Shown: piece after piece, positions 1-12,169 of the stretch
How positions within the stretch are numbered: position 1 is the stretch's first letter
How the letters are laid out: each line of letters opens with the position of its first letter
Assembly (NCBI RefSeq): GCF_006345805.1
Contig: NW_021833722.1
Coordinates: 1 to 64,000 of the forward strand
Length of the DNA: 64,000 nucleotides
Direction: 5' to 3'
Source of the DNA: Octopus sinensis
Lineage: Eukaryota
Program-made: the position numbers and the translations under genes
Notes under the pieces: generated by a model
What the model was told of the DNA's origin: nothing
The model's database searches: none
Seen by the model: the letters and a program-made list of their open reading frames with translations, nothing else

Positions 1-53
1 ACGACGGTTAGTGAGGGACAAGAAATATGTTTATAGCAAGGTGTAAAGGCAAT

Positions 54-90
54 AACAAGACGGTTTGGTGTGTCACCATCTTCAGATGCT
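54..90 (-). ncRNA. Degenerate hammerhead-ribozyme-like motif (PLE-type terminal sequence)
   Basis: Minus strand reads AGCAU-CUGAAGA-U-GGUG-ACA-CACC-AAA-CCGUC-UUGUU. The CUGANGA core and stem II are present, but G12 of GAAA is missing. Confidence 0.3.
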
Positions 91-423
91 GTCTTCAAAA
101 TATCAGAGATTTGAATGTAAAGCATCGAGGGCTGAAGCTAAATACTGAAAGGAATTTTAATGGCCTGCTCTATACTTTCTGCATTTAGCTAATCTTCAAG
201 TATACGTATATATTATATAATATATAAGCTAAGAAGTTATATAATGTAAAAGCTCTTATGTAATATAATAATGTATATTATAGCATGTTATACATGAAGA
301 GATAAAACCATTAAATAATAGTAAAAATAAAACTCAAAAGCTCCACTTGTTTTTAATCAATGATTAATAAACAGTTAGTTATTGATTTACAATAGTTTGA
401 ATGTGTGAAAGACAGACTGCAGA

Positions 424-462
<39 letters not shown>

Positions 463-1165
463 GGAATGTATATTTATGAAAAAACGAAATCTCATATATA
501 TGGAAACGAAATACGATAAAAAATTCATTCACACGCGTCGCTACAGTGCAACATTATTTTGCTTTTATTTGGGCGACTCTACGTTTATACATTAAAGTAT
601 TGACTTATTATTCAGGCAAAAGTGTTCTTTTGTTTTATTCATTAAGTTTTTGGTTTAATATTTGGTCAATAATAATTATGTAATAAAATAATGTGGGAAG
701 TGAACCAGCAAATGTAAGCTTATATGCAAATCTATTATAGATTATTTAGTTCAGTGTGTTAGTATAATAATCACAGACGCGCGCGTGCGCGTGCATAGAT
801 TGGGAAATATTTATTGAAGCTGAAAAAAGTTGAGGATTACAATTTCCAATCAGTTGATTATAACGAGAAACTATTGACATTGAGTGATGGTGATGGTGGT
901 GGTGGTGCTGGGTTTCCGTCGGTTACATTTGACCTATTGAAACATGTTGGTGCAAAGAGATGTAAGATTTTTTTGAGGAAGACTGGCTGCAGCCCTTTCA
1001 TGCCAGTTTGCCCCTCTCTCTACACCACAAATGTTTATCCAAGAGAGACGCCTCTGAATTTGGCCACATCAATGTCGTTACAGGTGTTGCAGTCAGAACA
1101 CATCTGAACCCAGATACCATATGACATAATGATTGCGGCCGATGGATTAACGATTTTGTTTAACT

Positions 1166-1632
1166 ATGTTGAAGTGTGTTAAACATTAAAAGATATTTTG
1201 TACTGTTCACAAAGTTCAATTAGTGCTTTCATACGTTTGTAGTAATCATCAGATTTCAAAATGTAGTTAACTGACAGTTGAGTTTTTGACAACTGTAGTA
1301 AAATAACTGACCTCTAGCTTTTTATATCTTTTAGAAGTCTCCAACAAGGTGAATGTTTCGAATAAGGTTTTGACCAATCAACAAGCGTGCGCCCGGCAAA
1401 CTGTGACGTTTACGCTGCATGCTGATTGGTCAAAACCGTATTCGAAACATTCAGCTTGTTTGAGACATCTAAAAGATACAGAAAGGAGGAAATCAATCGT
1501 TTAACTACAGTTGTCAAGAAGTCAGCTGTCAGTTAAATACATCTTAAAATCTAATGATTACTACAAACGTATGAAAATGCTAATTGAACTTTAACATTAC
1601 AAAATATTTTATTGTTTAACACACTTCAACAT
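1166..1632. mobile_element. Foldback/palindromic non-autonomous DNA element (~467 bp)
   Basis: Two ~220-bp arms are reverse complements, e.g. atgttgaagtgtgttaaaca / tgtttaacacacttcaacat and gaatgtttcgaataaggttttgaccaatca / tgattggtcaaaaccgtattcgaaacattc. Central loop is ~25 bp. Confidence 0.85.
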
Positions 1633-1754
1633 TGTAAAAAAATAAATAAATGTAATAATAAACAGCGTGAAAACCATACCATGTAACTTTATTCAACTGA
1701 TATATTATTCTATACATATTTACAAAAATTCGGATCCATATATATATATATATA

Positions 1755-1970
1755 TATTGTTATATTTAGGAATGGTCATTTTGCCAGTTTAGCCAATAAA
1801 AACACGCGCACTATATATTTGGTGTTACTTTGCTTCAGTGTTATTTATTTTGTACATTAATCTTAATCTTATTTCGGCCAGAGTTCTTTCGTCACACTCC
1901 TGTGACCGCATCAGTGGTCCTTTGTTTATTGGCTAAACTGGCAAAATGACCATTCCGAAATATAGCAATA
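1755..1970. mobile_element. MITE with ~46-bp terminal inverted repeats
   Basis: tattgttatatttaggaatggtcattttgccagtttagccaataaa at the left end; tttattggctaaactggcaaaatgaccattccgaaatatagcaata at the right end (2 mismatches). No ORF; sits next to (TA)n. Confidence 0.9.
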
Positions 1971-2061
1971 TCTGTTTCAACACACGACTTCACATAAAAA
2001 ATCTTGCACAACAAATATTTAAACGTATATATATATATATATGTATGTATATATGTATGTA

Positions 2062-2116
<55 letters not shown>

Positions 2117-2233
2117 TGCATCTATGTTAGATAACTTAGATATGTTTCGATCAAAAATTGGTCCAGGCCATGTCTAACTTAATAGCACCACCTCATAGGA
2201 TTTGCTAAATCCTTTTAAAGTTAAGTTTTGTGA

Positions 2234-2275
<42 letters not shown>

Positions 2276-2469
2276 ATATCTATCTATATATATCTATCTA
2301 TCTATCTATCTATCTATCTAATATAGATAATATCTAATATATATTATCTAATATATATATATATATATGTGTATATATATATATGTATATATTTGTGTAT
2401 ATTATTTGTATATATTAATATATATGTGTGTGTGCATGTGTGTATATATATTATTTCTATACATATATT

Positions 2470-2657
2470 CTTTTATTCTTTCATTCTTTTATTTCTTTCA
2501 GTCATTTGACTGCGGCCATGCTAGAGCACCGCCCACAATTGAACAAATCGACAGTAGGACCTATTCTTTGCAAGCCTAGTACTTATTCTATCGGTCACTT
2601 TAGCCGAACCGCAACGTTACGGTTGTCAAGTGATGGTGGGGAGATAAAAACACACAT

Positions 2658-2660
<3 letters not shown>
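2470..2660 (-). mobile_element. SINE family A, 3' half
   Basis: tttcagtcatttgactgcggccatgctagagcaccgcc...gtacttattctatcggtc matches the other family A copies in the window (34921, 47235, 62940). Confidence 0.85.
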
Positions 2661-2691
<31 letters not shown>

Positions 2692-3047
2692 GCGCGCGCG
2701 AAAATGCACATTAAGTACAGGACATCACCGACGAGTGAAAAATACGCAAGCACACGAGAGATAAGAAGAGGACAAAATAGCAAAGGAAGAGTAACTCCTC
2801 CTCAGTTGTCCACTCTTTATTTCTTCCTGTTTCGAGCTTTCAACGACAAGACAGGAAAACTTCATAAGAAAGTAGCATCCAGTTGGCTGGACACCCATCC
2901 CCAAAAGAGACAGAGGAACGGGAATATATATATATATAAATGTATGTATGTATGTATGTATTATTGTTGAAGGTGCACTTATTTGCAGACTCAATATGCA
3001 ACATACCACGTCACTGCAATGACAGTCATCAACCATCTGAACAACAA

Positions 3048-3540
3048 TCACCACCACCACCACCACCGCCACCACCACCACCACCGCCACCACCACCACC
3101 ACCGCCGCCGCTACCACCACCACCACCATCTGCGGCAGCGCCGCCGCCATGAAGATTACGTCTACGGTTTCTTAACTGGAACATCATTAATCTCACGGCC
3201 ACTGCAATCATGTCGGTTTAACTCTGCCGTCGTCACCAACACCACCACCTCCACCTTCACTGCCACCCGCCTCCACCGCCACTACCACCACCTTCACTAC
3301 TACCACCACCACCACCACTCTACTATCACTACCACTATCACCGCCACCGCCTTCACCATGGCCACCGCCGCCACCACCACCAGCTCCACATTCACTATCA
3401 CCACTGCCACCATCACTACCACAACTTTCACTACCACCACCACCACCACCACCACCACCATCACAACCTCCACAACCACCATCAGCACCACCAACACCAC
3501 CAGCACCAGCACCACCAGCATCACCAGCACCACCAGCCAA
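3048..3540. repeat. (CAC/CCA)n compound trinucleotide microsatellite
   Basis: Direct reading; produces the poly-His/Pro/Thr pseudo-ORFs. Confidence 0.9.
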
Positions 3541-3776
3541 ATGTATCTGACATGAAATCCCCATTGCTGTGTTGTGTAATCGATAGACGAACATGCTAAC
3601 CAGTCGATAGGCAGATAACATGGTAGTATCACATGACGTACTTTGGTGTATCCAGCCTCGCTGAGCAGAAGAGAGTTATGTTAAAAGGGGAGGGAGGAGT
3701 GGTGAGAGGAGGAAATGTTGGTTGGGGATAGAGAGATGCACCACAAATTGCTTAATTGGAAGCGAATGAATCATTG

Positions 3777-3833
<57 letters not shown>

Positions 3834-5189
3834 ATGCATGTACGTATAGCTACACATGTTTGCGTGTGCGTATGTATATGTGTGTGTGTATGCATATATA
3901 TATACATACATATGTGTGTTTGTGTGTGTATGTACAAACGTGCACACACATATATATATGTATGTATAGATATTTATATATTTTTTTTGTGTGTAAATAT
4001 TATACAAAATTATGAAATTATGTAATACTATTTCTGCAAAATTCTCCAAGATGTCGCATGAATATGTAAATACGTAACATGAATATGGAATTACGTAACA
4101 TGAATATGGAAATCTGTAAGATTAAACGTTAACAAATATGAGCCGAAGGGAATTGATGTCGATGGGAATCGCCTGTTGAAGTTATGACGGTTTTTCTTCT
4201 CAGGAATATTCTGTTAATATGAATTTTTCACAATGTCACCAGGTCACACATTTGTAGGACAGAGGCTTAGACGTTTCAGTCAACCATACCATATAACTGT
4301 TACTTGTTTTATTGACGCTAGAGGGCAAAAGTGACATCGAAGTCAACCATCGCGGCATTCGAACTAACGGCGTTAAAGGATGCGCACTGCCACAATCTTT
4401 GAAAGAGGGTATCTTCGATTATATTGGTATCAGTATTTCACTGGTGCCTGTTCTACCCGGTTTGAAAGCGGAAAATAGAAATTCGACCACGATTGGATTT
4501 GAATTCAAAATGTAAGGAGATCCAAGACATTTTGTCCTGGAGACTTTCCACCGTTCGATATAACAAATATTATCAAATTAAACGTTTCTATGGATTTCAT
4601 TATCCATTCACATGTAGGCAGATTTAAATAAAACAGTTGAGGGCATATTTAAGGTTCATGTATCTCTCTACAGTATTAACGAGATAATATAAAATGGATT
4701 CACTTCAAGTGAGAATCGAAACCTGGTCGCTGAATCATCGTGTTCGCTGAGAAGTCACTTCTTGCTATACATGTACTGCCCTTCTACACAACCCTGACAA
4801 AATGGTACTAGATGCTGGTCTATATTGTGTACCTCAAGCAGGGAATGTATCTGGTTTTTAATCGGGGTGGGGGGGTGGGGGGTTCAATAGGTACAATTAC
4901 CTAAACCATAGAATCTGTAAACTCCTTTGAAAGAAACATTGCTTTCGTTTTGCGTTAATTTGAGTCTCAGTATAATCTGGATGTCCTCTGATGACCTTAA
5001 GAGAAGCTTCTTCCGTGTTTCTGTAAAAATCAGTCTTATTGTAGCGACCGTCCAACTGGATCCTCATTGGGAACCTGGAAGTAAAACTTGATGGCGCTTG
5101 CGTCACGTTACGGACCGTTTTTAATTAACAGGGGGAAAAAAAAACATCCCCTCAAAGACAGTATGGCAATCTTTCTGCGGTCACTGATG

Positions 5190-5205
5190 GGGGAGAAAGA
5201 GAAAG

Positions 5206-5240
<35 letters not shown>

Positions 5241-5304
5241 GAGAGAGGAAGAGAGGAAGAGAGAAGAGAGGAAAAGATACAGAAAGAGGGAGAGGAAGAG
5301 AAGA

Positions 5305-5347
<43 letters not shown>

Positions 5348-5449
5348 AAGAGAGAGAGTAAGGAAGAGAGAGAGAGAGGGAGAGAGAGAAAGGGAGAGAG
5401 GAAGAGAGGAAGAGAGGAAAAGATACAGAAAGAGGGAGAGGAAGAGAAG

Positions 5450-5503
<54 letters not shown>

Positions 5504-5505
5504 GG
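5190..5505. repeat. (GA)n purine-rich compound microsatellite
   Basis: Direct reading. Confidence 0.9.
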
Positions 5506-5544
5506 GCATACCTTTTTGAGAATTTTGCTGGAGAGTTAAACAGG

Positions 5545-5690
5545 AACTCATTAGCGATATATTCTTATGGACCTCTTAACGTCGTCATATACAGGTTGAC
5601 CGTCTCGCGAAAACCTTCATCGACCAACCGGGTGACGGGTTTTGGCTTTGCTGATCTTCTGAATGCTGTGCACGATCGTGATGGGTGGCA
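5545..5690 (+). mobile_element. RTE-type LINE 3' remnant
   Basis: Translates LISDIFLWTS*RRHIQVDRLAKTFIDQ, resembling the RTE ORF C-terminal LI.DVLLW.P..G....GRP..TYI.Q region. Confidence 0.55.
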
Positions 5691-6055
5691 ATGAATGAGT
5701 TGACCAAATCTGAGCAAACACAACAACCAGATGTTATAGCAATGGCTGTGCTAACATGTCTTGGATGGTCTGGTCATAGAAGGAGATGTGTATTGCAGAT
5801 AGATATCTATGCATCAGGAATTCGATATGAGATAAACTGTTGCAGATCTGCAAATCTCTGGCCATAATTAGAATTTTATTCCTCCTCTGTTTTTTTGCAT
5901 GGTGTAGTTTGAGGAAGATGGTGAGTGCCTATGAAGCTTCTGCCCGAAATTTAGGCTGACGTTTTTGGGAGAAAAGCTAAGATGAAATCACGATGCGGTT
6001 GCTACAGTAAGACGCAACGCAGTAAGGTATAAAGAGACGATTAAACCGGAGACCT

Positions 6056-6943
6056 GCTAAAAATCATGTAAAGGCCGACTAGGTCTTCTAAACTACCATT
6101 GAAGGAGCAGGAAGATTGTACTCGACGGGCTTCCACACAGTTTCCGTCTGCTCTCTTTCACCCACGAAGCCTGTGTTGACCAGGACATACCAGACACTTT
6201 CCTGCAGTTGGATTGAACCCAGAACCTTATGATTGCGAAGCGAGCATTTTAACCACATAGCCATGGTAAAGTTGAAAGACAGAGTGAGGATTTTAGTCTA
6301 AGGCTGAAATCTGGATTGGTGAGTTTGCCTTCTGTTAATTGATCAGAATAATTTAAGCCCAACCGTACAAGTTGAAGAGTGAGATGTGAAAATGCAAGCT
6401 GGCTATTAACACTTCTCTGGACTGAACTAACGATGAATTATGGTGTTACTAGAAAGCAGACGACAACGAAAGACTGGCTGTTGACCTTTTGCTAAAAATC
6501 ATGTAAAGGCCGACTAGGTCTGTTAAACTGGGATTACAGATTAAATCTACCATTGAAGGAGCAGGAAGATTGTACTCGACGGACTTCCACACAGTTTCCG
6601 TCTGCTCTCTTTCACCCACGAAGCCTGTGTTGACCCGGACATACCAGACACTTTCCTGCAGTTGGATTGAACCCAGAACCTTATGATTGCGAAGAGAGCA
6701 ATTTAACCACATAGCCATGGTAAAGTTGAAAGACAGAGTGAGGATTTTAGTCTAAGGCTGAAATCTGGATTGGTGAGTTTGCCTTCTGGTAATTGATCAG
6801 AATAATTTAAGCCCAACATTACAAGTTGAAGAGTGAGATGTGAAAATGCAAGCTGGCTATTAACACTTCGCTGGACTGAACTAACGATGAATTATGGTGT
6901 TACTAGAAAGCAGACGACAACGAAAGACTGACTGTTGACCTTT
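6056..6943. repeat. Tandem duplication, unit ~435-454 bp, 2 copies
   Basis: Copy 1 starts at 6056 and copy 2 at 6491, both with gctaaaaatcatgtaaaggccgactaggtc. Near-identical throughout; copy 2 has ~19 extra bp. Each copy contains a decayed SINE A head on the minus strand. Confidence 0.95.
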
Positions 6944-7851
6944 CGGTTAAAAGTGTGACTGCTCTGTCAACCCGATTAGCTGCGATTCTATTATAATAAT
7001 GGTAAATCTGTTCTTTAACCAGACATTTATATGACGCTTCTCTTGTTCTTCTATATGTTTATTTTTTAATCTCTTTTGTTTAAAAGTATTTTTATCTAAC
7101 CTTTTCAAAATTTTATATATATATCACCTCCACAATCATCTCCCACTATTATCCGCACCATCATCACCGTTGCTATCATCGTCGTCGTAGTCACCACCAG
7201 CACCACCACCACCGTCACCCTCTCCTCCTCCTCCTCCTCCTCGCCATCATCATAATCCTGTTCAGTAACAATACTTCCAATGTAGTCAATCACAAAGAAC
7301 CAGACAGGACCCGCGGGGGTTTGTTTTGTGTTAATATATTATAATAAGAAGCATTGTCTTTTCCGCGAAAAAAGTAAAACAAAAATCGATGTTTTAGGTT
7401 ATCTCTTGCCATGGATGCGTAGGAATTGCGAAGACGATGTGCCAAAATCACATTTAGTTGCCAGGAACTAAATATAGAATTTTCACTTTCTTTTAGAATA
7501 AGAAGTCTAATTATAGAAGCTAGCATTGACATAAGCATGATGGCATCACTTAATAAATTCAATATCGGCACTCGATTGCAAAATGTCGGTAAATTTCATA
7601 GAAATTAGAATTCATCTCACTCACCCTCACCCCGGTTTCGTCTTCTGGGGACAATGGAGGTTTTATAGTGAGGCACTCAGCAGTCCTGGCATCATAGGCA
7701 AATGTCTGGAGAGGATTTTATTGCGACACGAATCTTGAAATCATCCGAGTTTTAATTTAGACTTTTCCTTTCTCTGTTCCTTATCATACTACATTCCTAT
7801 CAGCGAGCGGAAGACTTCACACGACCCGTTTCCGCGCACACGGCACGCACG

Positions 7852-7890
<39 letters not shown>

Positions 7891-8324
7891 GTGTGTGTGT
7901 GTATATATACATACTTGGGAATGACTTTATAGATATGTTTAGAGATAGTTGTCCCTGTTTAGAGAAGGTGTACCATATCGTTTAGTTCCTCAGAAAACTT
8001 TGAATCGCTCTGTATATACCAGTAGCATACGAGGATATAAAATGAAGAGCCGTCTTGTTTGATATAACAAGTTATTTAGCCAGGCAGTAAATTTTATATG
8101 ATATACTTATATAAAGCACAAGTGCAATTCAGAACACCTGAAACGTGAAAGACGAAGATTTCCAAATTGTTATTTACTTTACATACCTTTCAGGTATTCT
8201 GTATTACGGTGTGTTCTATTTAAACATGTATGACACAGATCTTTGTTTACGGTAACCTAGGATACGTCACACTAAATTATAATGAGCCTTTTAATGCATA
8301 TATACACATATATACACACTCACA

Positions 8325-9110
8325 CATTAAAGACAATGGATTGACACTGCATCCACACGGGAGGAATAAATACCCTGCCACGAGAATCACAGCTGTAGAC
8401 TATGCTGATGGTTTGATGCTACTTTCTGATCTAATAAACCGAGCAGAAACCCTTCTGCATCGTCTTGGAGATTCAACCAAAAGTATCGGTCTCTATGTCA
8501 ACTAAGACAAAACAGAATACATAAGCTTCAATCAAAATGGAAGAATCAAAACGGGATCTCGGCTGCATAGAAGTTAGATGTATAACTGTGGAAGTCATCT
8601 AATTACATACATTGATAAAACCTGGAGTTCCATCGACAAATTATCTCTTGACTTGCAGACAACAGGAAAACGGACCTATTTCAAGTGATGTTTAGCTCTG
8701 TTCTATTGTATGGCAGCTCAGCCATTTGCCCTTACCTCAAAACTGGAAAGAAGATTGCATGGAGTCTATATTCGCATGCAAAGAGTTGGCTTTGAATGGT
8801 ACCCGCAGTGATCGTGTGATCAACGAGCGATTGTATGGGAACTTTCGTCCAGTATCAGACATCATTAAAGAGCGAAAGGGTCAGATTTGAAGGGCATCCG
8901 TGGAGAGCTGAAGACGAAATTGTTAGTGAAGTTCTTTTGTGGGAGCCTACACAAGGAAGGGAGAGAGAGGAAGACAAGCCAGGACCTGTGTCAAGCAGAT
9001 TTGTAACTGCATTAACTGTAACCCGTCTGACCTGCCAAATACGATGAACGATTGAAGTGGATGGCAACAGTGAGCCACGGGAATCCGTGCAAGCAGCGAT
9101 ACCGGATGAT
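8325..9110 (+). mobile_element. RTE-type LINE, decayed 3' part with reverse transcriptase motif
   Basis: GLTLHPHGRNKYPATRITAVDYADGLMLLSDLINRAETLLHRL (YADD motif mutated to YADG), then EIVSEVLLWEPTQGR. Many stops and frameshifts. Confidence 0.85.
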
Positions 9111-9149
9111 AACATATACGCATACACATATCAATATGTATAACGGTAG

Positions 9150-9395
9150 TGTCTCGATCCGAGTAAGATGGCTCTACAGTTTCTTATCAAACAACCTGTA
9201 CAAACGTTTTGTTTGTAGCGATCAAGTGTTTGTGTTGCACATAAGTTTACTTCCTCTATCAAATCTCCTGAACAGGTTGCTCGGTGGAACACACGACAGG
9301 CGTCGAAATGATCGGAGAGCAACGTAAAATGAAGCGTTCGGTTCAAAAACACAACGCGCTGCCCGGTCCGGGAATCGAACCCACGATTTCGTGTG
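9150..9395 (-). mobile_element. SINE family C fragment (tRNA-like head)
   Basis: gagagcaacgtaaaatgaagcgttcggttcaaaaacacaacgcgctgcccggtccgggaatcgaacccacgat; the box B-like GGTTCGATTCCC is on the minus strand. Similar to 15842-16070. Confidence 0.6.
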
Positions 9396-9399
9396 TATA

Positions 9400-10168
9400 C
9401 ATGATGATGATGGCTGTCCCCTCGTTATCGAGCCATTGCACGAGGCTTAACTGTTATCGGTGCTTTGATCGAATGTGACAGCTCAGCTAAAAATCTACAA
9501 TGTCTTGTACAGAATTGGCAGCTAAAACCTTTACCGGCAAAAGCCGGCTGTAGTTGTAACTGGGCTTCATGTACCTTTGCATGCCGTTTAAGTCCACCCG
9601 CCGAATTACACTCCCTTCTACATACCTGACAGATATGATTAGTATGGTGTGTGTAGCACCACCAACAGTGGCCAGGTTGTCAATCATCTGTCTCGCTTTA
9701 TGACCATGAAGATGACTCTTGAGTCCAGCTTTACCGAGGCAGGGTCTTGCACGGACACTGCATGTCAGCATCATAGGAATACCCTTACCATCTGGAAGTG
9801 CAACAGCGATGCCCTTCCTGACATATCTCCTTATCTTCTCATGCGCAACTCGAGATTTCTCAAAAGTAGCTGACCCCTCATACACAATCCTTCTTCACCT
9901 GCTACGGGGTCAATAGCTATGCCCTCCCATGTGTCAGGAGAGATGCTAGCATCTCTTAAGGAAGCCTTCAGCAAGTCCTTACACCTGTTTTTTGGTTTAT
10001 GTGGAGGTCGTTCTCCTTTAGCTAACTCTCCATAAAAGAGTTGTATTGTCATTCTTGAATCCTTCATCCTGACCAGATGACCACTCTATCTGAGCCTTTG
10101 CTTCAACGCAAGAGCTTCTATACTTTCACACAGAGAACTTTCCAATATCTCAATATCACTAATGCGGT
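9400..10168 (-). mobile_element. RTE (BovB-like) LINE 3' end with two C-terminal C2H2 zinc fingers
   Basis: QRLR*SGHLVRMKDSRMTIQLFYGELAKGERP is the RTE post-RT signature. Finger 1 CSVRARPCLGKAGLKSHLHGH (9700-9762, second C mutated to R); finger 2 CQVCRRECNSAGGLKRHAKVH (9569-9631, intact). (CAT)n 3' tail. Confidence 0.85.
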
Positions 10169-10325
10169 ATACATACATACATACATACATACATACATAC
10201 ATACATACATACATACATACATACATACATACAAAACGAGTCACCAAATGTCTAATTAGTCACTCTAGTATGTCGGTGTGTTTTGTTTGTTTCCTGAATG
10301 ATTGTCTTACCGTTTCATGACTTTA

Positions 10326-10461
10326 CAGAAATCCCTCGCCATATCGCGGTTCACCTATCGCGGTTCACCTATCGCGGTTCACCTACCGCGGTTTATTATT
10401 TAAGCTTACGTCGATTCCTCCGTGGTGTTGTTTTGCATTTATAATAAAATAAATATATACA

Positions 10462-10533
<72 letters not shown>

Positions 10534-10663
10534 AATAATAATAATAATGATAATAATAATAATAATAATAAATATACAGTACAGTACTGTTTCTACTTCG
10601 CTGATTTTCACCTATCGCGGGGTGTTTTGGAACGTAACACCTGCAATGGTCGAGTGATCCCAG
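10326..10663. mobile_element. pogo/Tigger-like (Tc1-mariner superfamily) MITE
   Basis: TA-flanked imperfect TIRs cagaaatccctcg / cgagtgatcccag. Subterminal ttcacctatcgcgg occurs 3x at the left and 1x at the right; internal (TAA)/(GAT) microsatellite. Confidence 0.65.
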
Positions 10664-10930
10664 TATATATCTTTAGAATAGTCCCTGCTCAAACCTATCT
10701 AAATTTTTCTTTTTCTATTTTTTTTACTTTTCAATTCTTATATACAGGTTTTATTTATGATTACCATTACTATAAAGAAGGAAGTGTAATCCATTCCACC
10801 TCATTCCAAACCATGATACCTCCTGCACGCAACCAGCTACAGGCAAATAAGAAACGTATAAAAATCGAACAAAGCTAGACTGAGTTTATTGAGCGAGGTA
10901 CCGTTCGAAAGGTCACCCAATGAGATACGT

Positions 10931-11024
10931 TTGCAACTGAGGATGCACCACAACTAGTTATCCAGAATCTCAGCCGCGATAGAACAATGCAAGATGGGTC
11001 GAAACGATCGTTGTGGTTAATAAA
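10931..11024 (+). ncRNA. Degenerate hammerhead-like PLE terminal motif
   Basis: CAA-CUGAGGA-U-GCACC...GGGUC-GAAA-CGAUCGUU-GUGG followed by AATAAA. Stem II is imperfect and the stem I register is ambiguous. Confidence 0.3.
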
Positions 11025-11108
11025 GAATCTCGCGAATTCTAGTTTCTTTTTCTCTCATTTGTTACACACATACATATGAATATACAGATACACATTTATA
11101 TATTCACA

Positions 11109-11163
<55 letters not shown>

Positions 11164-11316
11164 ACACACACACACACATATATAAAGTAAAGATTATTTA
11201 CCAACATAATGTGGCAGTCTCGGATGGATGAATGTTACTGTTGTTTTATCTGTGTGTTGTTCGGTAAGAAATTGTCGAACCACCCTACATCCTCTAACGA
11301 CAGGAGAATCCATCAT

Positions 11317-11351
<35 letters not shown>

Positions 11352-11365
11352 CTTATATAGTAGAA

Positions 11366-11424
<59 letters not shown>

Positions 11425-12169
11425 TAGTAGAAAAATATGTTACAAAAAGAAAATATAAAATACACGTGTAAATGTTAAGTTAAAATATGAAAAATCAACG
11501 AAAATGCACATTGTAAATAAAAAAAGGCTTTTTACGAAAGGTAACGACAAATATATACATTTAGATGGACTGAGGTAGTAATAAGAGTCATAAAAATCAT
11601 TATTATGAGATGATTATAAGATGATTATAAAGTCAGAAAACGAAGCGTACTATGGCTTCCGCGCGCGTATGTGTGCATGTAATACAAGTATTCATAGCAG
11701 CTATAAAGCAAAAAGTTTCAATGCTTGTGGCAATATAGTTTTATGTTGATTAATAACTGAATAGCATTTACATTACAACTGACAGTTTCGCCATCAAGTG
11801 GTTCGTTAGGTGATATGCGTGGGATATGTTTCCACACATTACTGCGAGAGTGAAAAAATTGCAAAAATTTGAGCAGAGAGTAACCACCGGCACCTCCAAC
11901 CCTCAACCTACGCTACCTACTCCCTCTCCACAACCACAACAGCAGCATCAGCATCAGCATCAGCAGCATCAGCAGCAGCAGCAGCAACGATAAATACCAG
12001 CATACAATTATATTGCAGTAGCAGCAAATATGTGGTCACGCTATCTGCTAGAAATAGAAGTAAAATCTCTCTCAATTCATTCCTTGCAGTCTTTTAAAAG
12101 GAACAAAACATTAGATAATGTAGTTCTTGATATCACAAATAATGGCAACACGACTAGCATCCGCCACCA

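Noticed and set aside
814-1107. 97-aa ORF with a non-canonical start
   Set aside because: No ATG, no recognisable motif on either strand, no clear splice signals.
2983-3632. Poly-His/Pro/Thr/Gly ORFs here and similar ones at 12.1, 27.0, 36.6 and 59.9 kb
   Set aside because: Trinucleotide or tetranucleotide repeats open in several frames at once.
4897-5106. 69-aa minus-strand ORF
   Set aside because: Short, unrecognised and within the chance range.
10350-10392. 14-bp direct repeats as a possible CRISPR-like array
   Set aside because: No spacers, eukaryotic context, and explained as MITE subterminal repeats.
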